Shown here: positions 19,201-28,452 of the stretch, in pieces
Position numbering within the stretch: position 1 is the first letter of the stretch
How the letters are laid out: the number at the start of each line of letters is the position of its first letter
Assembly (NCBI GenBank): GCA_018304465.1
Contig: JAGVWC010000014.1
Span: forward strand, 1 to 46,994
DNA: 46,994 nucleotides
Direction of reading: 5' to 3'
DNA from: Candidatus Iainarchaeum sp.
Lineage (GTDB): Archaea > Iainarchaeota > Iainarchaeia > Iainarchaeales > JAGVWC01
Program-made: the position numbers and the translations under genes
Notes under the pieces: model-generated
What the model was told of the DNA's origin: nothing
Seen by the model: the letters and a program-made list of their open reading frames with translations, nothing else
The model's database searches: none

Positions 19201-20010
19201 ATCGCGGCGAAAACGACGAATCGTCAAGGTGTTTCCGGCGCTTGAAATCGGAAACAACGTGGAGTTGGCACGGTCACCCGTAATCAAGTGCGCGTCAAGC
19301 AAAGGATTCAAAATCGTGATTTGTTTTCCCACGCGTCGCGCGATAATCGAAGCGAAGTTCTGGATTTCTTCTTCGCTTGAAAGCAACACATTGGTTTTAA
19401 GCCAACCGTATTTCTTGGAATACACCCACACGGGTTCTTTGGCCGAATTCACGACGATTTCTTCAAGGTTTCCGTCCGCAAGCAAAAACTCGATTTTTCC
19501 AAGTCCGAGCATTTCGTGAATCAAGTCGCCGATGAGCACGCGTTTGGTGTTTTCGTCGATTTTGGGGTTTTCGGTTTTGAGAATGCGTTCCGCGTTCACC
19601 CGGAATTTTTCCTTTAACGACACCACGAATTTCGGATCCAAGAGCTTGTCGGTTTTAAAACTCGCTTCGGAAATAATGTTTCGCTTTAGATTTGCAAGCA
19701 ACGCTTTCGTTCCTTCGCCGTACTCCGGAAAATTCAGGTAATAATGCAGAACGAAATCCTCGGGTTTTTGAAGAATGCTGACGTCAAGCTTGACATTGTC
19801 CGATTCGATCGGATACGTATCAATGCTGAGCGCTTGCCGCGAAGAAACCACGCGCGTGAAACCGGACTGGGTTTTGCGCGAAACCGCGATCAATTGCTGC
19901 GCGGTGACAACGTCAATTCCCAAATCGATCAAGGTTCGGATGATCTTGTCGTCCGCTTCGCCGTTTTTCAGCATTTCCGTGATGATTTTCGTGATTTCAG
20001 ATTGGTTCAT
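16276..20010 (-). CDS. Type IV pilus assembly ATPase (VirB11/CpaF/FlaI family), intein-containing; 567 aa after splicing
   Basis: LEEIVVN, PLLDAHL..GDRAN, TIRRF, Walker A GGTASGK/T split by the intein, TIEDTREL, LRMRPDRLIVGE, His-box TGH..TTFHA. Confidence 0.95.
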   Translation of the reverse strand: MNQSEITKIITEMLKNGEADDKIIRTLIDLGIDVVTAQQLIAVSRKTQSGFTRVVSSRQALSIDTYPIESDNVKLDVSILQKPEDFVLHYYLNFPEYGEGTKALLANLKRNIISEASFKTDKLLDPKFVVSLKEKFRVNAERILKTENPKIDENTKRVLIGDLIHEMLGLGKIEFLLADGNLEEIVVNSAKEPVWVYSKKYGWLKTNVLLSSEEEIQNFASIIARRVGKQITILNPLLDAHLITGDRANSTLFPISSAGNTLTIRRFRRDPWTVTDFIKTRTVNSEIMALMWLAMQYELNIIISGGTASGKCVSGNSKVLLSNQARPIKEIVEEELAKGDVTRTEDGFYSASTNLETWAFNPRTAKMEKKPISRVWKRTAPEKMVRITTQTGKQIEVTPEHPFFILNGELEKKKAGELVGGEFIPAPRKLNITPSEPELIKIPFLKHLETQSMNGKKLYRPYFNSNKWVKLPSKMSCELARFIGYVLGDGHITKNHHAVRFFNLDSRLREDFKQCGETLFGIDGRLYTPKNRCPYIEFNSKVVGELLVQSIGISSGKKSNVISIPKTILYGDIQILKECIRGLFESEASVEIKKGELEFGSASEAVVEDLSTALHRFGIIHRIKKYKNKNRLFITGSNLQKFGSEIGFLRPSKNDLILRAQKKTFSPNLDFVPHISPIVRELKKKLRVHTKEMRSKISREAVARYLAEVRAPTRGSLKDVATSLERRYDELCKDKQLWDETKKLELKNRKLIHAVQNVYHKMGLEKKKLARRADINPNSLWMWETNRTIPTPELVLKLAQSTVGEFDSYYSRMREPINDLQTAHEMGLDIRKVANEVPLAERTLYKYVQEKAPEKITQILMPFIREWQKNQCKILENLHEEVFEIKKIIQAEQRTSTSVQAMALSKKLQVPIQLKKSEKVSRIDFILNDATSIYVKQKIDWLKNLAESEVLWDKIVRIETFKPSEPWVYDLTVDTHHTFVANNLVAHNTSLMNVLVPFIQPNHRILTIEDTRELQLPEFLHWVPMTTREPNPEGKGGITMLDLLVNSLRMRPDRLIVGETRRQAEAEVMFEGMHTGHSVYTTFHANTAEETIRRMTNPPINIPTTMMDAVHLNIVQFRNRRLGVRRVLQIAEFIPEKHGTEDILKANTLYRWRPSTDTIEKNADSIRLNDELGLHTGLSPQEITQDLKKKQSILDWMVKHNIHEIGKVGHIMAEYYMNEEEVLEYVQLDDLPDFAKVEDAEIHE
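17047..19077 (-). mobile_element. Intein (677 aa) with LAGLIDADG homing endonuclease and extra HTH modules
   Basis: Starts CVSGNSKV after GK; block B TPEHPF; LAGLIDADG blocks FIGYVLGDG and IRGLFESEAS; block F VYDLTV; ends VAHN with +1 Thr; visibly more AT-rich than the exteins. Confidence 0.95.
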
Positions 20011-22262
20011 CGATCCGCCTCTTTTTTGCGCCGTGCGCCGATCGCGTCAACGACCATGGTTTGTCCGAACGCGGGATACTTGATTTCAACGAGCCCTTCT
20101 TTTTCGAGCACGATCAGGATTTCTTTCATGTGTTTCTTGTCCACTTGCGCGAGCTTGGATAATTCGTCCATTGAAATTTTTCCTTTTTTTCGCACTTCAT
20201 CCAAGATCTTGTCGTAATCTGTAATTAATTCTTTGTTTTCCAATTCGGTTTGTTTGAGATGCAACGGCTCTTTTTTCCGGTTATCGGCAAAATCCTTCAT
20301 TTCTTCCGGAACAAACCGGATGGTTTCGGTTTTTGGAATCTGATTCTCGATCAAACGAACCAACGCCACGAAGCTTTCCACGACGCGGTTCGAGTCGATC
20401 TGTTCGATCTGTCTTTTCAACGCGTCTTTTTCGATCACATGGGCTTCGAGCAGCTTTTGCATGTTGTCGCTTAATTTTCTCAATTGTTCGTCGTCGACTT
20501 TTCCCTTGAGTTTTTCTTCCATGGCTCTCTTGATCCGGTCGATTTCCAGTCGTTCGCGTTCCTGGCCGCGCGACGCCATGAAATTCGCTTGTTCGAATTC
20601 CTGTTCGAGGTTTCGATCCGAAAAATCCGGTTTTGGAACCGTCATGGGTCCGCGGGACGGCGTAGTCGAAGTACTCGGAATCGACGGATTTTGCGGTAAC
20701 ACCGCGTCCAGTTTGATCTGCTGGTTTCCGGGCAATCGCACCGGCGGCAGCGGAATGCTTTGGGAAACAATATCCGGATTGTACGGTACTTTTTTTTCAA
20801 CCACGATGCGGGCGCCGGTTCCCGGGGTCACCAAAGGCGCCGAAGTCGAGGAATTGCTTGAACCGCTGTCGCTTCCACTGACCGGTGGACCCGACACGAT
20901 TTGAGACCCTGAAATCACCGGTCCGCTGCCGCCCGCAAAAACCGGGACGCTTGGACTTGCACTGGAAATGGGGGTTCCCGGAACAGCCGACGAAACAATG
21001 GGCGGCGTTCCCGGAACAGACGAACTTGCAATCGTGGGAAAAGCCCCTAACGTAACCGGAGAACCGCTGCCCGAAACAGGCGATGCCGTTCCAGTCGTTT
21101 GCGACGAAATCGATCCGATCGGAACCGGAACAATAATCGGTTGCGACGTGGTTTTCGGACGCGCGCTTGGGTTTCGCATCGAAAACACATTAATCGGCGG
21201 AATTTTCGAAGACGATTCGTCCTTGGATCCGGTTTGTTCTTTGGATCCGTCCGAGCCTAAACCCGTTTTCGAATCGCCGGAATCCGCGTGAAAACCAGGT
21301 CTGGTTCCACCATACGAACCGCCGTCAGACCGCGAAAAACCGGCGTGTCCCGCTGAAAATCCGGAAGAAGAAACATTCGAAGCCGAACCGCGTTGGGGTT
21401 CTTTTTCGGGAGACGGCGGATTGTTAATCTGGTTTTGCAGGACTTTTTTCCGCTCTTCCAATTGGTGTACTCGCAATCGTAATTCGGACGCGCGTTTCAT
21501 GAATTCTTCCTGTGAAATCAGGTGTTTGAAATAATCCCGTTCGAGCGATTTTAAGGAACCGCGGGCCACTTCCATTTCGTCTTCAACTTCTTTTAACGAT
21601 TGCCCTGCCTGTTTGACAAACGATACTCCCGGAGGAAATTGACCCGGTGGAACATGCGGTCCGACCGACACGTTCGCGCCTTTCGGAACATGAATCGTCG
21701 CGCCTTCTTTCACGCCGCGTTTGATCACGGTCGTGATCTGGATCGGCGGAGAACGGGACGTCATCCGAACTTTTCGTTCGATTCCTTTTTTTCCTTTTTT
21801 CTTCATCGCTTCCTTGGCGCCGATCATCATGGATTCCATGAGTTTTTTCCGAAGCGTTTTTTTTCGGCGTTTCTTTTTTCGGACGGTTAAGCCCATTTTT
21901 GGGGACACCGACTGCGTTTTTTCCTTGGCTTGTTTTACGCCCATTTCCAGCTTCGAACCGCGGCTTTCAACCGGGGGTTCGAACGAAGATGCAACGGAAG
22001 GCTTGAATTCATACGCCGGTTTTAACCGGGATTCTACCTGCTCGAAGTCCGTTTTGGAGGGTGCCACCGGAGTGAAATCGGAGGGTTCTTTTTGAGGAGC
22101 GCGGCTAAACGTCGAAGAAGAACGGGCCGGTGGCTCGGGCATGGCTGGAATATGCATTCGCTGCATCGGCGGTGCCTGGGTTTTTGGAACTTTGGTGATT
22201 CCTAAAAACCTTAGCACGGCGTGAACAACGCGTTCCATGACCTTTTGTTTTTGTTCGGCCAT
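20007..22262 (-). CDS. Pilus-locus cytoplasmic protein: long disordered Ser/Pro/Gly region, coiled coils and C-terminal winged helix
   Basis: 751 aa with no signal peptide; C-terminus DYDKILDEVRKKGKISMDELSKLAQVDKKHMKEILIVLEKEGLVEIKYP is wHTH-like; ATGA overlap with the ATPase. Confidence 0.8.
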   Translation of the reverse strand: MAEQKQKVMERVVHAVLRFLGITKVPKTQAPPMQRMHIPAMPEPPARSSSTFSRAPQKEPSDFTPVAPSKTDFEQVESRLKPAYEFKPSVASSFEPPVESRGSKLEMGVKQAKEKTQSVSPKMGLTVRKKKRRKKTLRKKLMESMMIGAKEAMKKKGKKGIERKVRMTSRSPPIQITTVIKRGVKEGATIHVPKGANVSVGPHVPPGQFPPGVSFVKQAGQSLKEVEDEMEVARGSLKSLERDYFKHLISQEEFMKRASELRLRVHQLEERKKVLQNQINNPPSPEKEPQRGSASNVSSSGFSAGHAGFSRSDGGSYGGTRPGFHADSGDSKTGLGSDGSKEQTGSKDESSSKIPPINVFSMRNPSARPKTTSQPIIVPVPIGSISSQTTGTASPVSGSGSPVTLGAFPTIASSSVPGTPPIVSSAVPGTPISSASPSVPVFAGGSGPVISGSQIVSGPPVSGSDSGSSNSSTSAPLVTPGTGARIVVEKKVPYNPDIVSQSIPLPPVRLPGNQQIKLDAVLPQNPSIPSTSTTPSRGPMTVPKPDFSDRNLEQEFEQANFMASRGQERERLEIDRIKRAMEEKLKGKVDDEQLRKLSDNMQKLLEAHVIEKDALKRQIEQIDSNRVVESFVALVRLIENQIPKTETIRFVPEEMKDFADNRKKEPLHLKQTELENKELITDYDKILDEVRKKGKISMDELSKLAQVDKKHMKEILIVLEKEGLVEIKYPAFGQTMVVDAIGARRKKEADR

Positions 22263-22388
22263 TTAATCCCCGTGACCCAACAAAGTACAGTGACAGAAAA
22301 CTCTTTCGTTGGGCATAACTAATACTTTTTCTATATATTTAAGGGTGCGGGTGACCCATCCAAACGATTTTTTTGTCCTCTGTTTCAG

Positions 22389-23462
22389 TTAGGAATATCG
22401 GGCAAAATCGAACCCGTCTTTGGTCACGTTCAAATCCACGCCCCAGAGAAAAAAATCCCGTATGCTTTTGCGGAACGAAAACGTGTTGGTAATCGTCACG
22501 GCCCCCGGGTTTGAACCCGCCAGCGAAGCGGTCCGAACAATGGACACGGTTTTGCATTCCTCGGCACCGGCGCATTCGCCCAGCCAGAGGTCCACCGTTT
22601 GGGATTGCCAACCGGTGACAGCCAAGAACTGAATCGTAATTTGGTTGGTCGTTGCATTATATGGATTAAAATGTCCGGAAGCGACTGGTCTCAGCGGAAT
22701 ATCAGGGGACTCTACGAAAACCTCGACATAAGGCCGTACATCCGCCGGGTTATACGGATCATGTTTACAGAACAGGCCGTAGGAGATCAAATCCCCTATG
22801 CAATAGGTATCCCCGAGATATCCGTTGCTTGGAAACGAAGAAATGACCGTCACGGCGTTCAAGTCCCGCCAGCTCGATGAAAACGACGTGTCGCGGACAT
22901 TGAAATCCTGGGCGCATCCGTCCGCTACCGAACCGGGCTTGATCGAAAACTCGGTCACATCCGCGGGAAGCGCGTTGTTCCCGTCGTTGACCTTGAAGAG
23001 AATGCACTGAGGAATCAGCACGTACTTGATTTCAGGGTAGCCGCCGACCCGCCATGCGTCCGAAATATGCGACCGATCGATGTTCAAGTCAATGTGAACG
23101 CCTTTTTCCGCCACGGTCTGGCTTTTGAGAAAAACGGTGTACGAATTCAGAAAATCATAAAAACCCGATAAACGCCGGGAATTAATCGGGATCGTGTTTC
23201 GAACCGTTACGAAATTATCCGCGAGATTGTAATCGAACGGCAATCCCCGCGATTGCACGCGCCGCTCTTTTCCCGATTTGGAAAGCGAAATCACGTCAAA
23301 ATATATCTGTTCGAACGGTCCGTTGATCGATTCCAACGCCATGTCGTCAATGCTCACGTTTTGCCGGATTCCCTGGTTTTCAAAATTCTTTTGAAAAATC
23401 ACGATGACGCTTACGACCACCAAAAAAACCATGAGCGTAAGAAAAACTCCCTTGCTATTCAT
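22389..23462 (-). CDS. Minor pilin-like protein (class III signal peptide)
   Basis: MNSKG|VFLTLMVFLVVVSVIVIF followed by a beta-rich, Cys-containing ectodomain. Confidence 0.75.
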   Translation of the reverse strand: MNSKGVFLTLMVFLVVVSVIVIFQKNFENQGIRQNVSIDDMALESINGPFEQIYFDVISLSKSGKERRVQSRGLPFDYNLADNFVTVRNTIPINSRRLSGFYDFLNSYTVFLKSQTVAEKGVHIDLNIDRSHISDAWRVGGYPEIKYVLIPQCILFKVNDGNNALPADVTEFSIKPGSVADGCAQDFNVRDTSFSSSWRDLNAVTVISSFPSNGYLGDTYCIGDLISYGLFCKHDPYNPADVRPYVEVFVESPDIPLRPVASGHFNPYNATTNQITIQFLAVTGWQSQTVDLWLGECAGAEECKTVSIVRTASLAGSNPGAVTITNTFSFRKSIRDFFLWGVDLNVTKDGFDFARYS

Positions 23463-23468
23463 GTCTCA

Positions 23469-26400
23469 TTACTCCCGCCACGTCCAATACTCGACCACGT
23501 AATACAGCGGCGTGGTCTTAAGCGTGCAGTCGATCGAGTCTTCGTTGTGCAACGCGCATTCATTGATGCCAGCCGCGGCCGGATTGATCTTGGTGTACCA
23601 CAGCCCTTGTTCGAACCCCGGAACCTGATAGGTGACGCTTGAACGCGAAAACTGGCCATTGCACGTCACGTTAACGGGACACAACTTGTACTGGTCTGTG
23701 CAGGTCCCGCATCGTTTGTTGGACGGCGCAAGATTATCCTTGTAAAAAATAATCGATAGTCCGAACGTGCAACTGTTGATGGGTGCGCCCGTTGTGCACG
23801 ATATGAACGGTTCCGGGTCAGTCACTTCGAAGACGATTGTATAATTGCCGTCGTTTGAAAGCTTCACGTTCAGATCCGCAAGACCTGTCGAGGGGTTTAC
23901 GTTTCCTTCGAGAAACTCGATTGCCAAATCATTCACCAAAATATCCACTTTGCTTTGAGCGCCTTCAGGCGGAAGACCCGCCGGCCAATAATCGGTCGTG
24001 GATTTGTCCGTGGTTTCAACGTACGCCGCCGCCGGAGGAAGCAAAAGCGAGCGGTCTTTGCAATATTCGCCGTTGCAATCCGCCGCGAAACGGAACTGGC
24101 CTTCCCACCACTCGGGATCCTGCTTGAAAATCTGGGCGTCCTGGAAAATTAATTGGCCGGATCCGTCTTGGTAGATCCCGTTGCAGAGACAACCGCTGGT
24201 CGTGTTATCCTTGCACAATGTTCCTGAAGCGGTTTTACACCAGTAATCCGAATACGTGACTCCTGGAACCGGCGGAATCACGATGTTCGCGGTTTTCGTG
24301 GATGCCTGCACCTGGAACGCGATTTGCTTGAACACCATTACCAACTGGTTGGCGTCGCTTGCAAAAAAATAATTGCCGTCCGTGATCCAGGCAATGAGCG
24401 TCAATTCCGATTCGTTTACATCGCGGCCGAAACCAATCGTGTAAATTTTGATGCCGTTGTTTTTGGCCAAAGTCGCGGACTGAAGCGTCGAATACGATCC
24501 CCGATTGGCCTGACCGTCGCTTAACAATACAATGAAGCGGTCCCCTGAGGTTTCACCGGACAGTGCGTCAATCGCGGTCTTTAACGCGTCGCCCGTCGCG
24601 GTTTCGCCGCTGGCCTGCAAGGTGTCGATTCCGGATTTCACCGCGTCCACGTTGCTGGTCAGCGGAACCGTCTGGGTTACGTCTGTTCCAAAATCGATGA
24701 GTCCCATTTTGTCCTCGGTTTTCCAGCGAACCTGATCAAGAAAAGATTTCGAGGCGAACTTGGCGTAATCAAGCCGTTCAAGAAAATAATTCACGTTATA
24801 GTCCACGCGGTTTTCCGCCCAACCCACAATCGAATAGTTTCCGCTCGGAATCGGAATCGACGTGTTTTCGTTGACCCACGGAGAAGGACTCATGTTCACG
24901 CTGAAACCGGCGACCGACCTGTTGTTTCGAGGCGGACGCGCATAGTAACCGTGCTGGCTGGTTGAAAACGGGTTCGTGTACCCAAGCACTCCGCCGGCAC
25001 AGATCGATCCCGCGTCACCCCCATAATTAATGTCTATTCGCAAACGCTTGAAATAATCGGTCGGCGAAACCACGAACGTGTCGGCGTTATCGATCTGCGT
25101 GGCAAACGATAGATCCGTCCAACCGGAAAAACCCGAGTTTCTGTTCGGACAATTGCTTCGCAGCGGTGAAATCACGGAATGAACCGCGCAGTTTCCGCCG
25201 CTGCACGTGCCTCCGGTAACCGCCGCGTTGTTTAGCAAGATCCGCAAAAATCCGCGTAATTGCGCGAGCGGAGCCGCACTGATTCTTTGGACATTCGCGG
25301 CGGAACGCATGTACACGTTGTACGTGCCCGTGGACGCGTAAGGCCCCGTGTACGTGGTTCGAAAAAACGGTGCCACACAGTTAGCGGCGTTGCAGTCCCG
25401 CATGTAATAATTGCTTCCGTTCGGATACTCGATCTTTACTTCCGGAAGACAATACGGATAACTCATTCCGTCTTTTAGCAAAACGTATGACGGAAAATAA
25501 AACGCGTCGTCGTAGGTTTTTTCATCCGTGATGGTGAACGATCCGAACGAATTCCAGTCGCCGCTGTACACGCATCGGCGCGCGGCCAAGGAAGCGCCGC
25601 TGTTGGCGGCGGACAAATATTTTTCGTAATAATAAGACGCACCGTAATTCATGGTCGCGTCGCTGTTGACCCACAACGTGTAGTCTCCGGTGGGCGCGTA
25701 GCTTCCCAAAGTGCGGGTTCTGTTCCACGTTTTTAGTTGGCACCAGGTGTTTCCGAGTTGGCACGACAAATTGATGTCGTTGCTTCCCGTTGGGCCCGTT
25801 ACGCGAAATTGCGGAGCGCACCCCGTTGTTTTGTTGTACGAGGTCTTGAAAACCAATCCATAAATGTTCGAGTCCGACACATTCACGGTCGTAACCGGAG
25901 TCCACGCCGACGTCGTGGTGCAAACACTGTTTTCAAAAATAACGCCCGAAACCGGAAACGAACCGAGATTAAAATCGCCTTTGGCTTCGGATTCGAATGC
26001 GGATCCGCCTGCCGTGATATCGAGCAAATTCTGGCTCACGACGCTTTTTCGCGCATACACGACCGGCGGATTTTTCACGTACGCGTTGTTGTCCGCGTTC
26101 CAGATTTCGATCGTGTGCGTTCCCAGGGTTTGGGCGTTGAAATCCGTTTTGAGTTGATAGGCCATGTCAGCGCTTGAATACTTGAAGTACTTATTATCGG
26201 GTTTTTTGATCCGCATGAACGGGGCTTTGTGCAGCACGCTTCCGCTGATCAAACTGCATGTTCCCGAAGCCCCGCCGCGATCGAAAACAATTTCGTATTG
26301 AGACGCGGCTCCCAGGGAATCGACTTCCGACTGGTCCACGGTAAAAGTTCCCGCGGTCGAAACATTGGTCAATTCCGGTGGAAACCCGCCCAAACGACTC

Positions 26401-27905
26401 GGGTTCTCCACGCCGACGGTTCCGCACGTGTTCACCGGAATACTCGTACTTGCTTTCACGAAACACGACGCGTCGGTTCCGTTTCCGAACTGCTCAAACG
26501 TGTAACGCGCCATGAGACTTTCCGGGACCGGGTTATTGTTGAAATACACCTGGTTGATTTCATTCTGGTGCAGATTCGTGTTGTAGAGCCGAACTTCATC
26601 CAAATACCCGACAAACCCGTATTTCGTGGCGTTTCGGGGATACCGCATTCCGACATACAACGGATTGGAATTATGGGTGATCAATCCCGATTCGTTCACG
26701 GTCACGGAATCCTTTTGTTTGTTCGTGTAGGTTTCAATTTTCGATCCATCGTACGTCAAAGAAAAATGCGTCCACTGATTCAGCGGCATCATGGCACTCG
26801 TGGCATACCATTGGTAACCATTCGAATTGTTGATCGCGTAATACACTTTTCCCGTATTGTTGATTCCGATCAGGTACGATGATTCCTTGACCGCGAACGT
26901 GCATCCGCCGGTCGTACCGCACGTGGCAAAACTCGTGGGATACACCCAGGCACTAAACGTAAAATTGTTGACGCGCAACGTCGGAGCGTCAGGCGCTTCC
27001 AAAAACGCGTTTCCGTTAAAATCTCCGGCATATGAATCCACCACGCCGGACAACTGCGCCGGCGCCGAATGAAAATTGTTGGCGTTATTGTCGTTTCCGG
27101 ACGCGTCATCGATCTGGCGCGCGCATAACCCCCCGGAAAAAAAACCTTTGACCGAACGGAAATTCATGTCCATTTGACTCATGGAACCGCTGCGATCCAT
27201 AACCAGCATGAGCGCCACGGGATTCCGGGCTTCGTTTCGCACTTTCATCTTGAGAATGGCACTGTCGTTGCACGCAAGCTGGGTTACGGGATCTCCAAAC
27301 GCGTCCACCACTGAGGATTCGAATTCCACGTTTCCGCTCATGGCGGCAAAATGGGCATCAAACAGCCGGTTTAAGTCCCAGCCGTCCGAAAAATTGGCTT
27401 GGGCCGTGCACGCGGTCGGATCCATTTCTCCGACATCTGACGTGGGCCGGTACTTCGAAAAAATCTTTTTTCCGGAAACGTATCCCGTAGTTCCCGCGGG
27501 CAGCGGGGATCCGGATGAAAACACGATTTGATTGGCGGTCGGAAAACACTTGTTAAATTTGGTGATCAGATCCAAGGCGGGATCCTTGCATTCCGTCAAA
27601 TCGCTTGCGACATCGAACTGCGTGACGCGCATTCCAAAATGCGTTCCTTTGGGCAGCAATTCCAGGGCCTTGTTATAAATTTCCTCCACGCTTTCCTGGG
27701 AAAAATTCTTGTCCACGAGCTGAACGGATAAAAAACCCGATTTTTCAAGCACATCCACGACGTCCCGCGAGGTTTTTTGATCGCGATTAAAACTTTGCGA
27801 AAGAGAATCATTCAATAACGGCTGTTCGGAAAAAAACAACAGGACCCCCGACACCAGCATCAAGGCGAACAGTACATCCAACGCGATCGCGATTCCTTTT
27901 TCCAT
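23469..27905 (-). CDS. Large pilin-like adhesin with split VWA domain, LamG-like domain and repeated beta-sandwich modules
   Basis: MEKG|IAIALDVLFALMLV; MIDAS DRSGS; LamG motifs FTFSAWVYP, NQWTHFSLTYDG, GYLDEVRLYN; remainder of VWA: GETATGDAL, IVLLSDG, IYTIGFG. Confidence 0.88.
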   Translation of the reverse strand: MEKGIAIALDVLFALMLVSGVLLFFSEQPLLNDSLSQSFNRDQKTSRDVVDVLEKSGFLSVQLVDKNFSQESVEEIYNKALELLPKGTHFGMRVTQFDVASDLTECKDPALDLITKFNKCFPTANQIVFSSGSPLPAGTTGYVSGKKIFSKYRPTSDVGEMDPTACTAQANFSDGWDLNRLFDAHFAAMSGNVEFESSVVDAFGDPVTQLACNDSAILKMKVRNEARNPVALMLVMDRSGSMSQMDMNFRSVKGFFSGGLCARQIDDASGNDNNANNFHSAPAQLSGVVDSYAGDFNGNAFLEAPDAPTLRVNNFTFSAWVYPTSFATCGTTGGCTFAVKESSYLIGINNTGKVYYAINNSNGYQWYATSAMMPLNQWTHFSLTYDGSKIETYTNKQKDSVTVNESGLITHNSNPLYVGMRYPRNATKYGFVGYLDEVRLYNTNLHQNEINQVYFNNNPVPESLMARYTFEQFGNGTDASCFVKASTSIPVNTCGTVGVENPSRLGGFPPELTNVSTAGTFTVDQSEVDSLGAASQYEIVFDRGGASGTCSLISGSVLHKAPFMRIKKPDNKYFKYSSADMAYQLKTDFNAQTLGTHTIEIWNADNNAYVKNPPVVYARKSVVSQNLLDITAGGSAFESEAKGDFNLGSFPVSGVIFENSVCTTTSAWTPVTTVNVSDSNIYGLVFKTSYNKTTGCAPQFRVTGPTGSNDINLSCQLGNTWCQLKTWNRTRTLGSYAPTGDYTLWVNSDATMNYGASYYYEKYLSAANSGASLAARRCVYSGDWNSFGSFTITDEKTYDDAFYFPSYVLLKDGMSYPYCLPEVKIEYPNGSNYYMRDCNAANCVAPFFRTTYTGPYASTGTYNVYMRSAANVQRISAAPLAQLRGFLRILLNNAAVTGGTCSGGNCAVHSVISPLRSNCPNRNSGFSGWTDLSFATQIDNADTFVVSPTDYFKRLRIDINYGGDAGSICAGGVLGYTNPFSTSQHGYYARPPRNNRSVAGFSVNMSPSPWVNENTSIPIPSGNYSIVGWAENRVDYNVNYFLERLDYAKFASKSFLDQVRWKTEDKMGLIDFGTDVTQTVPLTSNVDAVKSGIDTLQASGETATGDALKTAIDALSGETSGDRFIVLLSDGQANRGSYSTLQSATLAKNNGIKIYTIGFGRDVNESELTLIAWITDGNYFFASDANQLVMVFKQIAFQVQASTKTANIVIPPVPGVTYSDYWCKTASGTLCKDNTTSGCLCNGIYQDGSGQLIFQDAQIFKQDPEWWEGQFRFAADCNGEYCKDRSLLLPPAAAYVETTDKSTTDYWPAGLPPEGAQSKVDILVNDLAIEFLEGNVNPSTGLADLNVKLSNDGNYTIVFEVTDPEPFISCTTGAPINSCTFGLSIIFYKDNLAPSNKRCGTCTDQYKLCPVNVTCNGQFSRSSVTYQVPGFEQGLWYTKINPAAAGINECALHNEDSIDCTLKTTPLYYVVEYWTWRE

Positions 27906-28448
27906 TCATCCACCCTGCTTTGCCAGGAAAAATTTCATCTCAATGATCCGCGGCTGGTCTCCGATGGAAACAAACCGCTGCTTTTGAATTATATATGAAT
28001 TTCCCTCGATATTAAACTTTCCCGCACGGAACAACTGTTCTTCGATCCGCTGGTTGCTGTCCATCCGATACACCCGAAACTGAAAATCGGCGTTTCGAAG
28101 CCCCAAAAGCAGCCGAACCCGGTTATAATCCTGCGGCGAACGCGCGTTATCCGCGAAAAAAACGAACGCGATCAATTTGTTCTCGTCGACCACCAAAGGA
28201 TACCGCGCGATCCCCACCGAATTCACGTCGGAAAAACTTACCGCCGGCCAATTCAGCGGGTCTCCTTTGGTTTCCGCAACGCGATCAATCGCCGTATTCG
28301 CGCTTCGTTCAAAATCATCCATGCGCCGGACCTCGTTGGCCACCGAAAAATTCAGATTCCAAAAATTCAGAAGCGTCACCACGATCAAAAGAACAACGAC
28401 CACGCCGATCCCGAGCTCGATCATGGCGGTCTGGCCGGAAAAACCCAT
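27906..28448 (-). CDS. Minor pilin-like protein (class III signal peptide)
   Basis: MGFSG|QTAMIELGIGVVVVLLIVV; segment TKGDPLNW...VGIA. Confidence 0.75.
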   Translation of the reverse strand: MGFSGQTAMIELGIGVVVVLLIVVTLLNFWNLNFSVANEVRRMDDFERSANTAIDRVAETKGDPLNWPAVSFSDVNSVGIARYPLVVDENKLIAFVFFADNARSPQDYNRVRLLLGLRNADFQFRVYRMDSNQRIEEQLFRAGKFNIEGNSYIIQKQRFVSIGDQPRIIEMKFFLAKQGG

Positions 28449-28452
28449 GTGA

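Noticed and set aside
12145-20010. Archaellum operon or circadian kaiABC interpretation
   Set aside because: No archaellins or FlaF/G, two TadB/C-like genes rather than one FlaJ, and a single-domain KaiC-like protein with no KaiA/KaiB.
20950-21030. VPGTP repeat DNA
   Set aside because: Short degenerate coding repeat in a low-complexity region; not an array.
23459-23659. 66-aa minus-strand ORF
   Set aside because: Alternative frame inside the 3' end of the adhesin gene.
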